Positions 10,017 to 21,944 of a DNA stretch of 43,262 nucleotides are shown here, piece after piece; the stretch's first letter is position 1; every line of letters starts with the position of its first letter. The position numbers and the translations under genes are program-made. The DNA is from Candidatus Omnitrophica bacterium 4484_213 (GTDB taxonomy: Bacteria > Omnitrophota > 4484-213). A model generated the notes under the pieces. It was given only the letters and a program-made list of their open reading frames with translations, searched no databases and was not told where the DNA came from. The stretch covers positions 1 through 43,262 of the forward strand of contig MZGK01000021.1 of the NCBI GenBank assembly GCA_002085025.1, read 5' to 3'.

Positions 10017-13000
10017 TTAAACGACTCCGGGGTTTCTGAATGAAAAACATTCTCTCCGGCCGAGCACATCATCACTCTTTACGGTAAGCAATTCCTGCAA
10101 GGTGTAAGCTGCTCCATAAGCCTCCAAGGCCCAGACCTCCATTTCCCCAAAACGCTGTCCACCAAACTGGGCTTTTCCTCCCAGAGGTTGTTGAGTAATC
10201 AAGGAGTAAGGACCAACAGAACGGGCGTGAATCTTATCCTCCGCCAGATGATTTAACTTCATCATATAAATATAGCCAACAGTCACTTTCTCATCAAATG
10301 CCTTGCCAGTTATCCCATCAAACAAAGCAACCTTTCCATCCTCGGGCAGCCCTGCTCTTTTCAACTCTTCTCTTATCTGCTCCTCGCTAATTCCATCAAA
10401 TACCGGAGAAGCATAATAGGTATTTAAAACCTTTGCTGCCCAACCTAAATGCGTCTCCAGAATCTGACCAAGATTCATCCGTGAAGGCACCCCCAGAGGA
10501 TTCAAAACTATCTGTACCGGGGTCCCATCAGGCAGAAACGGCATATCTTCCTCAGGCAGGATCTTAGCCACCACTCCTTTATTCCCATGCCGACCAGCCA
10601 TCTTATCTCCTACAGAAAGCTTCTTCTTGCAGGCAACCGAAACTATAATCTTCTTCAAAACCCCGGTCGGGAGTTCATCCCCCCTCTTCAATCTATTTAT
10701 TTCTTCTCTCTCTTGACTGTCAATCTGCTGGGTCCTTTGACGATATGTTTCCTCAATCTCCATAACCTCCTTTTCTTTAGAGGAAGAAATCTTAAGAGCA
10801 AAGAGATAATTCAAAAGTTTAGGAAAGAGATCACCAGTAATGAGCTTGCCCTTTTTAAAAATAATCTTGCCTTTTCTGTCCAACAAATCTCCTTGCAACT
10901 GCTCTCCGATCAGCACCCTTTTTATCGCCTCAACCATTGTCCTCTTTATTTCTCGTTTAGCGGCCCTAGCTTGCTTTTGAATTTTTTCAATCTGAATAAG
11001 CTCCTTAGTTTTCTCTTTTCTACTCTTCTTCTGTAAATGCTCAAAAATCTTTATATCAATTACTACCCCTTTAACCCCCGGAGGGACAACCAGAGAAACA
11101 TCCTTTACATCACTTGCCTTCTCGCCAAATATTGCCCTCAATAACCTCTCTTCGGGAGAAAGTTCGCTTTCACTTTTGGGGGCAACCTTTCCCACCAAAA
11201 TATCTCCCGGACCTACCTCTGCTCCGAGGTGCACAATCCCATTTTCATCCAACTTCTTGAGAGCTTCTTCACTCATATTAGGAATATCGCGAGTAATTTC
11301 TTCTGGGCCTAATTTAGTTTCCCGACACTCTATTTCAAATTGCTCTATGGAAATAGAGGTATACAAATCCTCCTTGATTACCTCCTCACTAATCAACACA
11401 GCATCCTCAAAATTAAATCCCCGCCAGGGCATAAAAGCAACCAAGAGATTTCTCCCCAGGGATAACTCTCCGCCTTCAACAGAAGGCCCACTGCTAATAA
11501 TTTGCCCTTTCTTTATCCTTCCTCCTTCCCTAACAATTGGTCTTTGATTTATGCAGGTAGAGGCATTGCTTCTTTCAAACTTTCTTAATTTATAAACCCC
11601 GTTAGAAACCTCAGACGAGAGCTCTCCCCGAGAGTCTTTTTTAACAGGGCTTATTACAATTTCATCAGCAGATACACTCTCTACCTTTCCATCTTGTAAA
11701 GCAATCAAAGCGGCTCCCGAATCCTCGACTATCTTCTTTTCCAAGCCGGTTCCTACCAAGGGAGGTTCAGGAAAAAGAAGAGGAACAGATTGACGCTGCA
11801 TATTCGAACCCATCAAAGCCCGATTAGAATCATCGTGCTCTAAAAAAGGAATTAAACCAGCGGCTATGCTTATCAACTGTTTTGGAGAAACATCCATATA
11901 GTCTATCTTATGAGGAGGGAGTTTTGAAAAATTCCCTCCTAAACGACAAGAAATATAGGGGTCAAGAAAACAGCCCTGCTCATTCAGGCGGGCATTTGCC
12001 TGAGCAATAGCATATTTACCCTCTCTATCAGCGGAAAGATACTCAATAATAGAGGTAACTCGCTTCTTCTCTACTTTTCTATAAGGGGTCTCCAGAAAAC
12101 CAAATCTATTTACTCTGGCGTATGTGCTTAAAGAAACGATCAGACCAATATTAGGACCTTCAGGGGTTTCAATAGGACAGATGCGACCATAGTGGGACGG
12201 ATGGATATCACGCACCTCAAAACCGGCACGTTTGCGGGTAAGCCCGCCTGGGCCAAGGGCGCTCAGGCGCCTCTTATGAGTGAGTTCAGCTAAGGGATTG
12301 GTCTGGTCCATAAATTGAGAGAGTTGGCTGCGGGCAAAAAAGTCCTTAATGCTCTCTGAGATTATTTTATGATTAATTAAACTATGCGGCTTGACTTCCC
12401 CTTTGGAACTACGAGAGACACTTTTCTTATGACCGCGTGGCAAGAAAGCCATCTTCTCTTCTATCGCTCTTCGCAACCTGGCCAGAGAAAAACGAAATTG
12501 CTCCTGCAGTAACTCTCCTACTGTTCGGACTCGTCGGTTGCCTAAATCGTCGATATCGTCAACCTCTGTTTTACCCTGTTTTAGTTTAAATAGATAGTTA
12601 ATCGCCTCCACCACATCTTCTTTGGTAAGAGTTCTTTTGCTTAAAGGAACAGAAAGATTCAATTTTCTGTTGATTACAAACCTACCTGCCTCTCCCAGGT
12701 CATATCGGCGGGGGTCATAAAGCAGTTGGTCTCTCCAAAGTTTGGCGCTCTCAAAATCTTGGCGATCATCAGGTCTAATCTTCTGGTATAAATCCATCAA
12801 AGTTGCTTCAAAACTCGGATAGGGGTCTTTGCTCAAGGTATTAATGAGGCTCTTTACTTCATCGCTTTCAAATTCCTGAGTATCCTTCGCAGTAAAGACC
12901 CGCACAGAATCCAATGCTCCCAGAGAACTCTGATGAATAAGCTTGGTCAACAAAGATTGGTCTATCTTTTGCCCTGGGGAAATAATAACATCCCCCTCTT

Positions 13001-13739
13001 TGTTCAGCACTGTCTCAGCACTAACTCTGTTGAGTAATCTTCGCGAAGAAAAGTGCCCTCCTATTTTAATTGCTTCAGTAGAACAAAATAATTGAATAAT
13101 TTCGTCATTAGAAGCACATCCTAAAATTTTTAATAAGGAAGTAGCCAATAGCTTATGGCGACGATTAAAATAGGCATATAAAATGTTAGTGGGCTGAAGT
13201 TCTATTTCTATCCAGACCCCGTAACAAGGGATAATGCGAGCATAAAAAACTTGTTTGCCCTCACCCTGGCTCGTTTGCTCAAAGCAAATTCCCGGCGAAC
13301 GATGCAATTGATTTACAATCACTCTCTCTACACCATTGATAATAAATGTCCCTGATGAAGTCATTAAAGGAACCTCCCCAAGATAGATTTCCTCTTCCTG
13401 AGTAGGTATTGAGGGTTCTTTGCTTACCAAACGGACCTTTATCTTTAAAGACCCGGAATAAGTAAATCCTTGACTGCAGCATTTCTTAATAGAATATTTG
13501 GGCATCCCAATAGAGTAACTTATAAATTCTAATCTAAGCTTGCCATCCGAACTTTCAACAGGGAAAAATCTGAGAAAAGCCTCCTGGAGCCCTCGTTTCT
13601 TCCTCGAAAGAGGCAAGGAATCAATCTGCAGAAAATCACGAAAAGACTTGGTCTGCACTTCTACCAAATTTGGCAGTTTTAAAACCTCGGGGATACGAGA
13701 AAAAGTTTTTCTTTTAATCATAATACTTAACTTTGGCAT
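10017..13739 (-). CDS. rpoB: RNA polymerase beta subunit; C-terminus frameshifted, conserved tail continues to ~9953 in another frame
   Basis: GDKMAGRHGNKG, GGQRFGEMEVWAL, TVKSDD; ETPESFNVLIKELQG lies out of frame. Confidence 0.97.
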   Translation of the reverse strand: MPKLSIMIKRKTFSRIPEVLKLPNLVEVQTKSFRDFLQIDSLPLSRKKRGLQEAFLRFFPVESSDGKLRLEFISYSIGMPKYSIKKCCSQGFTYSGSLKIKVRLVSKEPSIPTQEEEIYLGEVPLMTSSGTFIINGVERVIVNQLHRSPGICFEQTSQGEGKQVFYARIIPCYGVWIEIELQPTNILYAYFNRRHKLLATSLLKILGCASNDEIIQLFCSTEAIKIGGHFSSRRLLNRVSAETVLNKEGDVIISPGQKIDQSLLTKLIHQSSLGALDSVRVFTAKDTQEFESDEVKSLINTLSKDPYPSFEATLMDLYQKIRPDDRQDFESAKLWRDQLLYDPRRYDLGEAGRFVINRKLNLSVPLSKRTLTKEDVVEAINYLFKLKQGKTEVDDIDDLGNRRVRTVGELLQEQFRFSLARLRRAIEEKMAFLPRGHKKSVSRSSKGEVKPHSLINHKIISESIKDFFARSQLSQFMDQTNPLAELTHKRRLSALGPGGLTRKRAGFEVRDIHPSHYGRICPIETPEGPNIGLIVSLSTYARVNRFGFLETPYRKVEKKRVTSIIEYLSADREGKYAIAQANARLNEQGCFLDPYISCRLGGNFSKLPPHKIDYMDVSPKQLISIAAGLIPFLEHDDSNRALMGSNMQRQSVPLLFPEPPLVGTGLEKKIVEDSGAALIALQDGKVESVSADEIVISPVKKDSRGELSSEVSNGVYKLRKFERSNASTCINQRPIVREGGRIKKGQIISSGPSVEGGELSLGRNLLVAFMPWRGFNFEDAVLISEEVIKEDLYTSISIEQFEIECRETKLGPEEITRDIPNMSEEALKKLDENGIVHLGAEVGPGDILVGKVAPKSESELSPEERLLRAIFGEKASDVKDVSLVVPPGVKGVVIDIKIFEHLQKKSRKEKTKELIQIEKIQKQARAAKREIKRTMVEAIKRVLIGEQLQGDLLDRKGKIIFKKGKLITGDLFPKLLNYLFALKISSSKEKEVMEIEETYRQRTQQIDSQEREEINRLKRGDELPTGVLKKIIVSVACKKKLSVGDKMAGRHGNKGVVAKILPEEDMPFLPDGTPVQIVLNPLGVPSRMNLGQILETHLGWAAKVLNTYYASPVFDGISEEQIREELKRAGLPEDGKVALFDGITGKAFDEKVTVGYIYMMKLNHLAEDKIHARSVGPYSLITQQPLGGKAQFGGQRFGEMEVWALEAYGAAYTLQELLTVKSDDVLGRRECFSFRNPGVV

Positions 13740-13759
13740 TCTGCCAAAGCTGCTTAAGC

Positions 13760-13870
13760 CCCAATAACTATTATCCCGGTTTGGTTATTGGTTATTGGAA
13801 TTTGTTTGTATCTTGTATCTTGGTTATTGGTTATTGCAACGATATTTGTCATTGGTCATTGAGACTTGGG
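13760..13870. repeat. Heptamer-repeat array (TTGGTTA/TTGTATC)
   Basis: TTGGTTATTGGTTATTGGAATTTG...TTGTATCTTGTATCTTGGTTATTGG; short left arm only. Confidence 0.8.
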
Positions 13871-13875
13871 ACCTC

Positions 13876-14427
13876 TCACTTTACCTCTACCTTCGCCCCT
13901 ACAGCCTCTAATTTTTTCTTTATCTCTTCTGCCTCTTCTTTGTTAACATCCTTCTTTACTGTCTGGGGGGCCTGCTCTACTAAATCCTTTGCCTCCTTTA
14001 ATCCCAGGGTAGTAACTGCTCTAATCTCTTTAATCACCTGGATCTTTTTATCTCCCACGGTGGTGAGAACTACTTCAAAACTACTCTTTTCTTCATCTTT
14101 AGGGCTTTCCTTAGAGGCAACAGAGGTAACCCCCGGAGCCGCTACTACCGGCGCTGCCGCAGAAACGCCAAATTTTTCCTCTAAGGTCTTCACCAACTCT
14201 GAAAGTTCAATTAGGGTCATTTTCTCGATGGCACCAACCACATCCTTTAATCTCTGGCTGAGAGATGCCTCTTCTTTTTTCTCTTGAGAAATAGGTTTCC
14301 TCTCTTTGTCCTCTTCCTTTTTCTTTTTTTTCTCGGCAGGTATCTCTGATTCTTTATCCTGCGAAACTGCTCCTTCCTCTTTGCCTTTCTCTGCGTTTTC
14401 TTTGATTTGCTTTTTTTCTTCAGTCAT
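13876..14427 (-). CDS. rplL: 50S ribosomal protein L7/L12 with charged N-terminal extension
   Basis: [34 protein letters not shown]; GGAGG SD before ATG 14427. Confidence 0.96.
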   Translation of the reverse strand: MTEEKKQIKENAEKGKEEGAVSQDKESEIPAEKKKKKEEDKERKPISQEKKEEASLSQRLKDVVGAIEKMTLIELSELVKTLEEKFGVSAAAPVVAAPGVTSVASKESPKDEEKSSFEVVLTTVGDKKIQVIKEIRAVTTLGLKEAKDLVEQAPQTVKKDVNKEEAEEIKKKLEAVGAKVEVK

Positions 14428-14470
14428 TGCTCCTCCCTCTTGTCAGGAGACAGAACTCAGAAAAATTCTG

Positions 14471-14995
14471 TTATCTGTTACCTGTTCTCTGCTTTCTTAA
14501 TTCCTCTATCACCCTCACCAGTCTTCTTAAATGCTCTTTTAATATGTAGGTAAAATTAGTTAAAGGAGACTGGATAAGGTTTAAAAACATAGCAATTATT
14601 ACTTCCTTAGATGGCAAAGCGGCAATCTTCTCAATATATTGGGGAGAAAAAAAATCATCGCCGATTATTCCTCCCTGGATATTAAAATTCGGGTGTTTGG
14701 CCTTAAAACCAACGGAAACCCGTGCCAATTCTTCAATACTGCCTCCATAACAAACACCTGTTTGTCCGCTTAAATCAAGAGAGACATTCCTTTTAATTCT
14801 TCGCAAAGCTATCTTAAAAAGGGTATTCTTTACGCCGAAATAAGACGCAGAAATAGAAGCAAGCTTCTCTCTCAACTCTTCAACTTCAGCAACGGTCAAC
14901 CTCTGATGATTAGCAATCAGTAAAGCCGAAGAGCCGGAAATTCTTTTGATTATCTCCTCTACTATTCCTCTTTTCTCAAAACTGACTTTAGGCAT
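14471..14995 (-). CDS. rplJ: 50S ribosomal protein L10
   Basis: LTVAEVEELR, VKNTLFKIAL, LPSKE; lies between rplA and rplL. Confidence 0.93.
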   Translation of the reverse strand: MPKVSFEKRGIVEEIIKRISGSSALLIANHQRLTVAEVEELREKLASISASYFGVKNTLFKIALRRIKRNVSLDLSGQTGVCYGGSIEELARVSVGFKAKHPNFNIQGGIIGDDFFSPQYIEKIAALPSKEVIIAMFLNLIQSPLTNFTYILKEHLRRLVRVIEELRKQRTGNR

Positions 14996-15023
14996 TGTTG
15001 GTTTTAAAATTATCCTTCTGTAA

Positions 15024-15707
15024 TTAGCGCTTGGTTATTTTAAGTCCTGGGCCCATTGTGCTGGAAATAGCCAGGCTTTGAATATAATGCCCTTTCAGCC
15101 CGGCTGGTTTCTTTTTCTTTACTGCTTCTATCAGGCAAGAAATATTTTCTTCGATTTCCTGCTCTGAAAAAGAGATTTTGCCTACTGCTAAATGAATACC
15201 CCCATCCTTATCGTTCTTGAATTCTACTTTTCCCTTTTTTATCTCTTGGACTGCCCTGCCTATTTCATTGCTAACTGTCCCTGCCTTTGGGCTGGGCATT
15301 AGCCCGCGCGGGCCTAAAATCCTCCCTAACTTGGCTATCTGGCGCATTACATTAGGCGAACAAAGGACAGCATCAAATTCCATCCAACCCTTTTCTATTT
15401 TCTCTATCAAATCCTTAAGGCCAACAAAATCAGCGCCGGCCTCTTTGGCCTCTTGGGTTAATTTCTCATCCTCGCAAAAGGCCAGAACCCTCTTTTTCTT
15501 GCCTGTCCCATAAGGTAAAACAACACTGCCCCTCACTGACTGTTCTGTTTTTTTGGGGTCAATACCTAATTTTAGAGAAAGCTCCACGCTTTGGTCAAAT
15601 TTAGGTTGAGGCACCTCTTTCAAAACCTTAATTGCCTCTTTTATCTCATAAACCTTATTTTTATCTACTGACTTATAATTTTCTCTAATTCTCTTACTCT
15701 GTTTCAT
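15024..15707 (-). CDS. rplA: 50S ribosomal protein L1
   Basis: KFDQSVE, LPYGTGK, LGPRGLMPSPKAGTV, SSTMGPG. Confidence 0.98.
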   Translation of the reverse strand: MKQSKRIRENYKSVDKNKVYEIKEAIKVLKEVPQPKFDQSVELSLKLGIDPKKTEQSVRGSVVLPYGTGKKKRVLAFCEDEKLTQEAKEAGADFVGLKDLIEKIEKGWMEFDAVLCSPNVMRQIAKLGRILGPRGLMPSPKAGTVSNEIGRAVQEIKKGKVEFKNDKDGGIHLAVGKISFSEQEIEENISCLIEAVKKKKPAGLKGHYIQSLAISSTMGPGLKITKR

Positions 15708-15745
15708 TTTTCAATGACGCCACAATTTAGGCGACTGCAAGGAGA

Positions 15746-16183
15746 CTAAATTGCAGTTTCATTTATACCTATCCCCATACTTCTTGCCGTCCCTTCAATG
15801 ATCTTTACAGCCGCAGCCAAATCCCCTCGCACATTTAAATCCTTCATTTTGGTCCGGGCAATCTCCTCTATATCCTTTCTGCTTACTTTCCCAATCTTTT
15901 CTTTGCCGGCATTGCCGGAGGCCTTAGCCAGACCACAAGCCCTTTTCAAAAGAACTGCGACTGGTGGACTCTTGACAATAAAATCAAAGGATTTGTCTTT
16001 ATAAATGGTCAGAACAATTGGCAAAATTAGCCCCTCTTTCCCCTTGGTCTTCTCGTTAAACTCCTTGCAAAACCCCATAATGTTAACCCCATGTTGCCCT
16101 AAGGCAGGTCCTATGGGAGGAGCAGGATTTGCCTGTCCGGCCGGAATCTGTAATTTCACCTTTGCGATAATTTCTTTAGCCAC
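15746..16183 (-). CDS. rplK: 50S ribosomal protein L11
   Basis: [33 protein letters not shown]; GTG start. Confidence 0.98.
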   Translation of the reverse strand: MAKEIIAKVKLQIPAGQANPAPPIGPALGQHGVNIMGFCKEFNEKTKGKEGLILPIVLTIYKDKSFDFIVKSPPVAVLLKRACGLAKASGNAGKEKIGKVSRKDIEEIARTKMKDLNVRGDLAAAVKIIEGTARSMGIGINETAI

Positions 16184-16229
16184 GTTTCCTCACTCGCTAT
16201 GCTCGCTCGTCGGAAGACAGAAGACAAAA

Positions 16230-16462
16230 ATTGAAATCACCAATAACCAAGATACGAGACACAAACAAATTCCAATAATCAATAACCAAACAAAAAATTC
16301 TATTGCGATTTGTCGATAATCGAAGAAAGGATTTTCTTACAGTCCTCTCTTCTAAATCAAATCCTCTGCTCATTATTTATCCTGTTTGGTTATTGGAATT
16401 TGGTGATTGGTTATTGTTTGGTTATTGCACCTTGGTGATTGTATCTTGGCGATTGATTATTT
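16230..16462. repeat. Inverted heptamer-repeat arms flanking a gene remnant
   Basis: CACCAATAACCAAGATAC...AATAACCAAACA versus TGTTTGGTTATTGGAATTTGGTG...GTATCTTGG. Confidence 0.85.
16300..16373 (-). pseudogene. Four-helix-bundle protein remnant (termini only)
   Basis: ATG frame MSRGFDLEERTV joined out of frame to KKILSSIIDKSQ*; both resemble family termini and the 40.7 kb paralogue (LEKRT, LFTSIARK). Confidence 0.65.
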
Positions 16463-16486
16463 AACACTGTTATCTGTTTCCTGATA

Positions 16487-16621
16487 TCATATTTTCAATG
16501 TATTAGCTATCCGATTAAGCAGCTTAATTTGCTCCTGGTGTTTTCGCTCTTGCTGTCGCTGTATGTCCTTTGCCTGACCAGCCAATTTAGTTATATCGCC
16601 GAAGTCTCTTAAGTTAAGCAC
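16487..16621 (-). CDS. Small 44-aa helical hypothetical protein
   Basis: AGGAGG SD then GTG; MLNLRDFGDITKLAGQAKDIQRQQERKHQEQIKLLNRIANTLKI*; below the ORF-track length cutoff. Confidence 0.55.
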   Translation of the reverse strand: MLNLRDFGDITKLAGQAKDIQRQQERKHQEQIKLLNRIANTLKI

Positions 16622-16670
16622 CGTTCCCTCCTCCTATAACTTCGTTATAGCTAATCTCTGTAATTTAATT

Positions 16671-18167
16671 TTAATCTGTGCAATCAGACATCCGCCTTAG
16701 GCGGATGTCTTTTAAATCCTCTGACCTGTCTAAATCAATCTTGTATCTCTCTAAGATTCTTCTATTCGCTTCACTTAAACCATCTTTATCCAAAACTATC
16801 TGCCTCCCTGTGCCCTCTACTATGAAAACATCGTATTTTCCTGTGTTCTCTTCAACGGCTTGCACCAAATCTTTCATAGTGGAAATTTTTTTACCATTGA
16901 CCCGGGAAATTACCTCATCCTCAAGCCACTCATAATCTACATTAATCTCATCAGCCATGACCTTGGTTAATACAATTACCTGTTTTCGCTCTTTTGATAT
17001 CTGTCCATTAAGACAGTAATTGACTAAGTTGCTTGGGGCATAGGATAGATCTGGCCAACTTTGCAGATAGTTCATTGTCAAGGGCTGAAATACTAATCCC
17101 CCAACGATATAATAAGTGGGGCTTGTATCATACTGCATATAAGGCACCAAGTGGCAGGAAGTCAATAAGTTGGTCAACCTGATTCGCATCGGTATAACCC
17201 TGCCTCTGCGCAAAATTTTTAATCGGACACTATCCCCAATATATTTACTTTGAATCGCATAACTGAAGTAAATCCTTTCATCATTCCTAAATTTTATTGT
17301 CCCGTCGTTTCCAATATCTCTTCCCTCAATGGAAAGAAGGATATCGCCGGGTTTTAACACCTTTGCTGCCGCAGAATCGGGAATGATCCTAACTATCAAA
17401 ACTCCGCTTTGCTCTTTTTGCATATTGTATTTAAAACGAATGCTCGGGTTTTCCATAGATTGCCAAAGTACTCCTAAAGCCGGAATTCCCTCGTAGCTGC
17501 CATCACTTATATCCTTTAAAAAACGCTTGATGACCGGAGCAGGGACCATATAAGCGATATTTTCTCCTTCTGCGGCTTGAAAAGCCACACCTACTATTTC
17601 GTCGTTTTTGACTACTGGACCACCGCTACTGCCGGGGTTAATTGCCGCATCCATCTGACAAGTCAAGAGAGGTATCCCACTATGAGCATACCGTTGGTAT
17701 TCTACACGGGAAATAATTCCCTCGGTAATACACAATTTATCGCCACCTGTAGGAAAACCATAGACAATAACTTTATCTTTGACCTCTGGCAAAGAACCAA
17801 TTTTTAACGGCTCAACCCCGGAGAAAAATGCTTCATCGGCAACCTTCAAAAGAGCCAGGTCACATTCATGCGCTACTGCCTCCACTTCGGCGACATATTT
17901 TTTAACCTGGCCAGCGCGTTTTACCTGAATAAATGTTTGATCACCAACTACATGAGCATTGGTTAAAATTCTTTTGCCCTCAATAATGCACCCTGAACCA
18001 GTGCGTCTCTGTTGACCGACCATCTTCCAGGGTTCACCATAATCGTGTTCATCATATACGGTATATACTTTTACTATCGCTTCTTTTGTATCCTGCCGGG
18101 CATACACCGGCGAAATACTAAAACAACCTATAACTACCAGTAAGATTATCTTTGAAAATAATTTCAT
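16671..18167 (-). CDS. Secreted HtrA/Deg-family serine protease with PDZ domains
   Basis: Signal peptide; TNAHVV (His), CDLALL (Asp), DAAINPGSSGGP (Ser); PDZ-like regions. Confidence 0.9.
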   Translation of the reverse strand: MKLFSKIILLVVIGCFSISPVYARQDTKEAIVKVYTVYDEHDYGEPWKMVGQQRRTGSGCIIEGKRILTNAHVVGDQTFIQVKRAGQVKKYVAEVEAVAHECDLALLKVADEAFFSGVEPLKIGSLPEVKDKVIVYGFPTGGDKLCITEGIISRVEYQRYAHSGIPLLTCQMDAAINPGSSGGPVVKNDEIVGVAFQAAEGENIAYMVPAPVIKRFLKDISDGSYEGIPALGVLWQSMENPSIRFKYNMQKEQSGVLIVRIIPDSAAAKVLKPGDILLSIEGRDIGNDGTIKFRNDERIYFSYAIQSKYIGDSVRLKILRRGRVIPMRIRLTNLLTSCHLVPYMQYDTSPTYYIVGGLVFQPLTMNYLQSWPDLSYAPSNLVNYCLNGQISKERKQVIVLTKVMADEINVDYEWLEDEVISRVNGKKISTMKDLVQAVEENTGKYDVFIVEGTGRQIVLDKDGLSEANRRILERYKIDLDRSEDLKDIRLRRMSDCTD

Positions 18168-18248
18168 TTTTCTCCTTATATAATCTTCATTATCCGTTTA
18201 ATCTTTGTACTCTGTTTTTTTAATCTCTATAATCGGATATACTCTCTT

Positions 18249-18954
18249 TTATCGGATATCTTTGGTAAATTCCCTCAGCTCCTCCAATTTCTTTAATGCT
18301 TTGCCTGAATCTATGGATTCTTCTGCCATTTCAATCCCTTGTTTAATATCATCTGCTTTGTCGGCGGCATAGATTGCACAACCGCTGTTTAGTAAAACAA
18401 TATCGCGGGGGGGAAATTTTCTTCCCTTCAAAATCTCCAGCGCAATCTTAGCACTTTCCTCTGTGTCTCCTCCCTGTAAATCTTCTATCTTTGCCAGCGG
18501 AAGATTAAAATCCTCTGGTCTGAATTCATAATTTTTTATCTCTCCGTTACGCAATTCAGAAACAAAGGTTTTGTCGACAGTAGAGACCTCATCCATCCCA
18601 TCGGCGCTGTGCACTACTAAAGAGTGCCGGGAACCCAAATTTTTTAGAACAGTTGCTAATAAAAAACACAGCTTTTTATCATAAACCCCCAACAATTGAA
18701 ATTCTATCTCCGCCAGTGCCACAGGTGTCCAGAACATCGGATTTTGTTTCTATCTTTACTGCATATTCACGCATAATCTTCGCCCCCGCGGTAATCTCCT
18801 CCACGCTTTCGCCCTTCATTCTCAAAGCGGTGAGAAAAGCAGCAATCTGAGAAGGAGCCGCCTCTCCTTTCATAATCTCCTGCATTACTGCTTCCATTTC
18901 CCTTTCTTCTAAATCAATGCCCTGAACAACTTTATTGATCGTCTGTTTAATCAT
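18249..18954 (-). pseudogene. trpD: Anthranilate phosphoribosyltransferase, central segment missing with frameshift
   Basis: [19 protein letters not shown] joined out of frame to QLLGVY..DGMDE; TFNIST, KHGN and GSAD motifs absent. Confidence 0.85.
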
Positions 18955-19687
18955 CTCCCTCTCCCAGAGCAAACAATTTGGAAAAAACCTGCATTGGTTT
19001 CTTCTCCTTTAAAATCAACCTTATCTCTTTCTCAAGCCGCTGAGGTTTTAATTCTTTTAACATCCCTTTTTCTATCGCTTCTTTAATCAGTCTTTTTGTC
19101 TTCCTTTCTATGCAGAAATTATGACGCACAGCAAAACGTACTGCTCTTAGGATACGGGTGGGGTCATCAATAAAACTCAAATTGTGCAGAACTCTTATTC
19201 TTTTTCTCCTTAAATCCTCCTTCCCTTTAAAAGGGTCGATTAGTTGTAGCCCAGGGTTGGATTCATTCAAAGAAATTGCCATTGCGTTTATGGAAAAATC
19301 TCGTCGTTCTAAATCTTCGATAATACTTGCCGGACTCACATTGGGGAGAGCCGCGGGTTTTTTATATCTCTCCTTACGCGTATTGGCTACATCCATACGC
19401 ATCTCTCTTCCTTTAAAATTATAAGAGATAACCGCTGTGCCAAATCCACGGTGAGTTTCTATCTCGCCATTTAATGCCTTAGCCAAAGCCATAGCAAACT
19501 CAATCCCTTCCTTAAAGTCTCTGCTTTCAGCTACTAAATCAATGTCCCAATTTTTAACCCCCAAAAGGAAATCGCGCACAAATCCACCGACGACAAAAAT
19601 AGGTAAATTCTGCTTGACAGCTATCCCAATGGCTAATTCTAAGATGTTTAAAATTGAAGGAGGGAAGTGAAATTGTTTTTTTCTCAT
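18947..19687 (-). CDS. tRNA nucleotidyltransferase (CCA/A-adding class II), short form
   Basis: [33 protein letters not shown]. Confidence 0.85.
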   Translation of the reverse strand: MRKKQFHFPPSILNILELAIGIAVKQNLPIFVVGGFVRDFLLGVKNWDIDLVAESRDFKEGIEFAMALAKALNGEIETHRGFGTAVISYNFKGREMRMDVANTRKERYKKPAALPNVSPASIIEDLERRDFSINAMAISLNESNPGLQLIDPFKGKEDLRRKRIRVLHNLSFIDDPTRILRAVRFAVRHNFCIERKTKRLIKEAIEKGMLKELKPQRLEKEIRLILKEKKPMQVFSKLFALGEGDD

Positions 19688-19729
19688 AGGAAGAAATATC
19701 AAAGTAGGTCCTTCGCTCCGCTCAGGATC

Positions 19730-19860
19730 AAAAATTTACCCCGTTAGAGAACTTCGTCCTCTAACGGTTTGCGCTGACGGTGGCATTAAACCACCGTCAG
19801 CTTCAATCGGTAATGGCCACCGATTGAAATCGCTGGCTTTCTCTAACGGGGTAAATTTTT
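19730..19860. mobile_element. MITE-like multi-hairpin element with 21-bp terminal inverted repeat
   Basis: AAAAATTTACCCCGTTAGAGA (19730-19750) and TCTCTAACGGGGTAAATTTTT (19840-19860); internal hairpins. Confidence 0.75.
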
Positions 19861-20214
19861 GGAAAGCAGATAATAAGCCGGATTCTGTATCTAAATGGTC
19901 ATTTCTCTTATTTCGATATTGCTATCGGAATTAAACGATTTACCCGAGATTTATCCCGAAACTTCGGGACGAAGATTGCCACTTCTTCATCTCCTATTTA
20001 ATCTTTCTCCGTATAGAGATTGCCCCGTTTCACCTCCTCCCCCTACGCTAAAGCTTTGGGGGATTGCTCGTCTCTGTGGCTCTTATCCTCCCCAGCACTA
20101 ATTTTCTCAGGAAATTAGTGCTGGGTGATCTCCTGTTAGGAGATTATACTGGCAATCGGAGTCCGGACTTTCCTCCTCAGCCTAAGGCTGAAGCGACCAT
20201 TTGTCTGCTTTCCA
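19860..20214 (-). ncRNA. rnpB: RNase P RNA
   Basis: GAGGAAAGTCCGG near the 5' end, ACAGAATCCGGCTTA near the 3' end, P1 pairing GGAAAGCAGA/TCTGCTTTCC. Confidence 0.95.
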
Positions 20215-20332
20215 TCCGTCAGAGGCGAATGATCCTGGCTCCGATTTATCGGGGCGAAGGACCTATTCACTTTGGTTCAGGTTCTTCGTCGCCTTCGGCT
20301 CCTCAGGATCAAATTTTGCCGAAGGCGAAATT

Positions 20333-21944
<1,612 letters not shown>

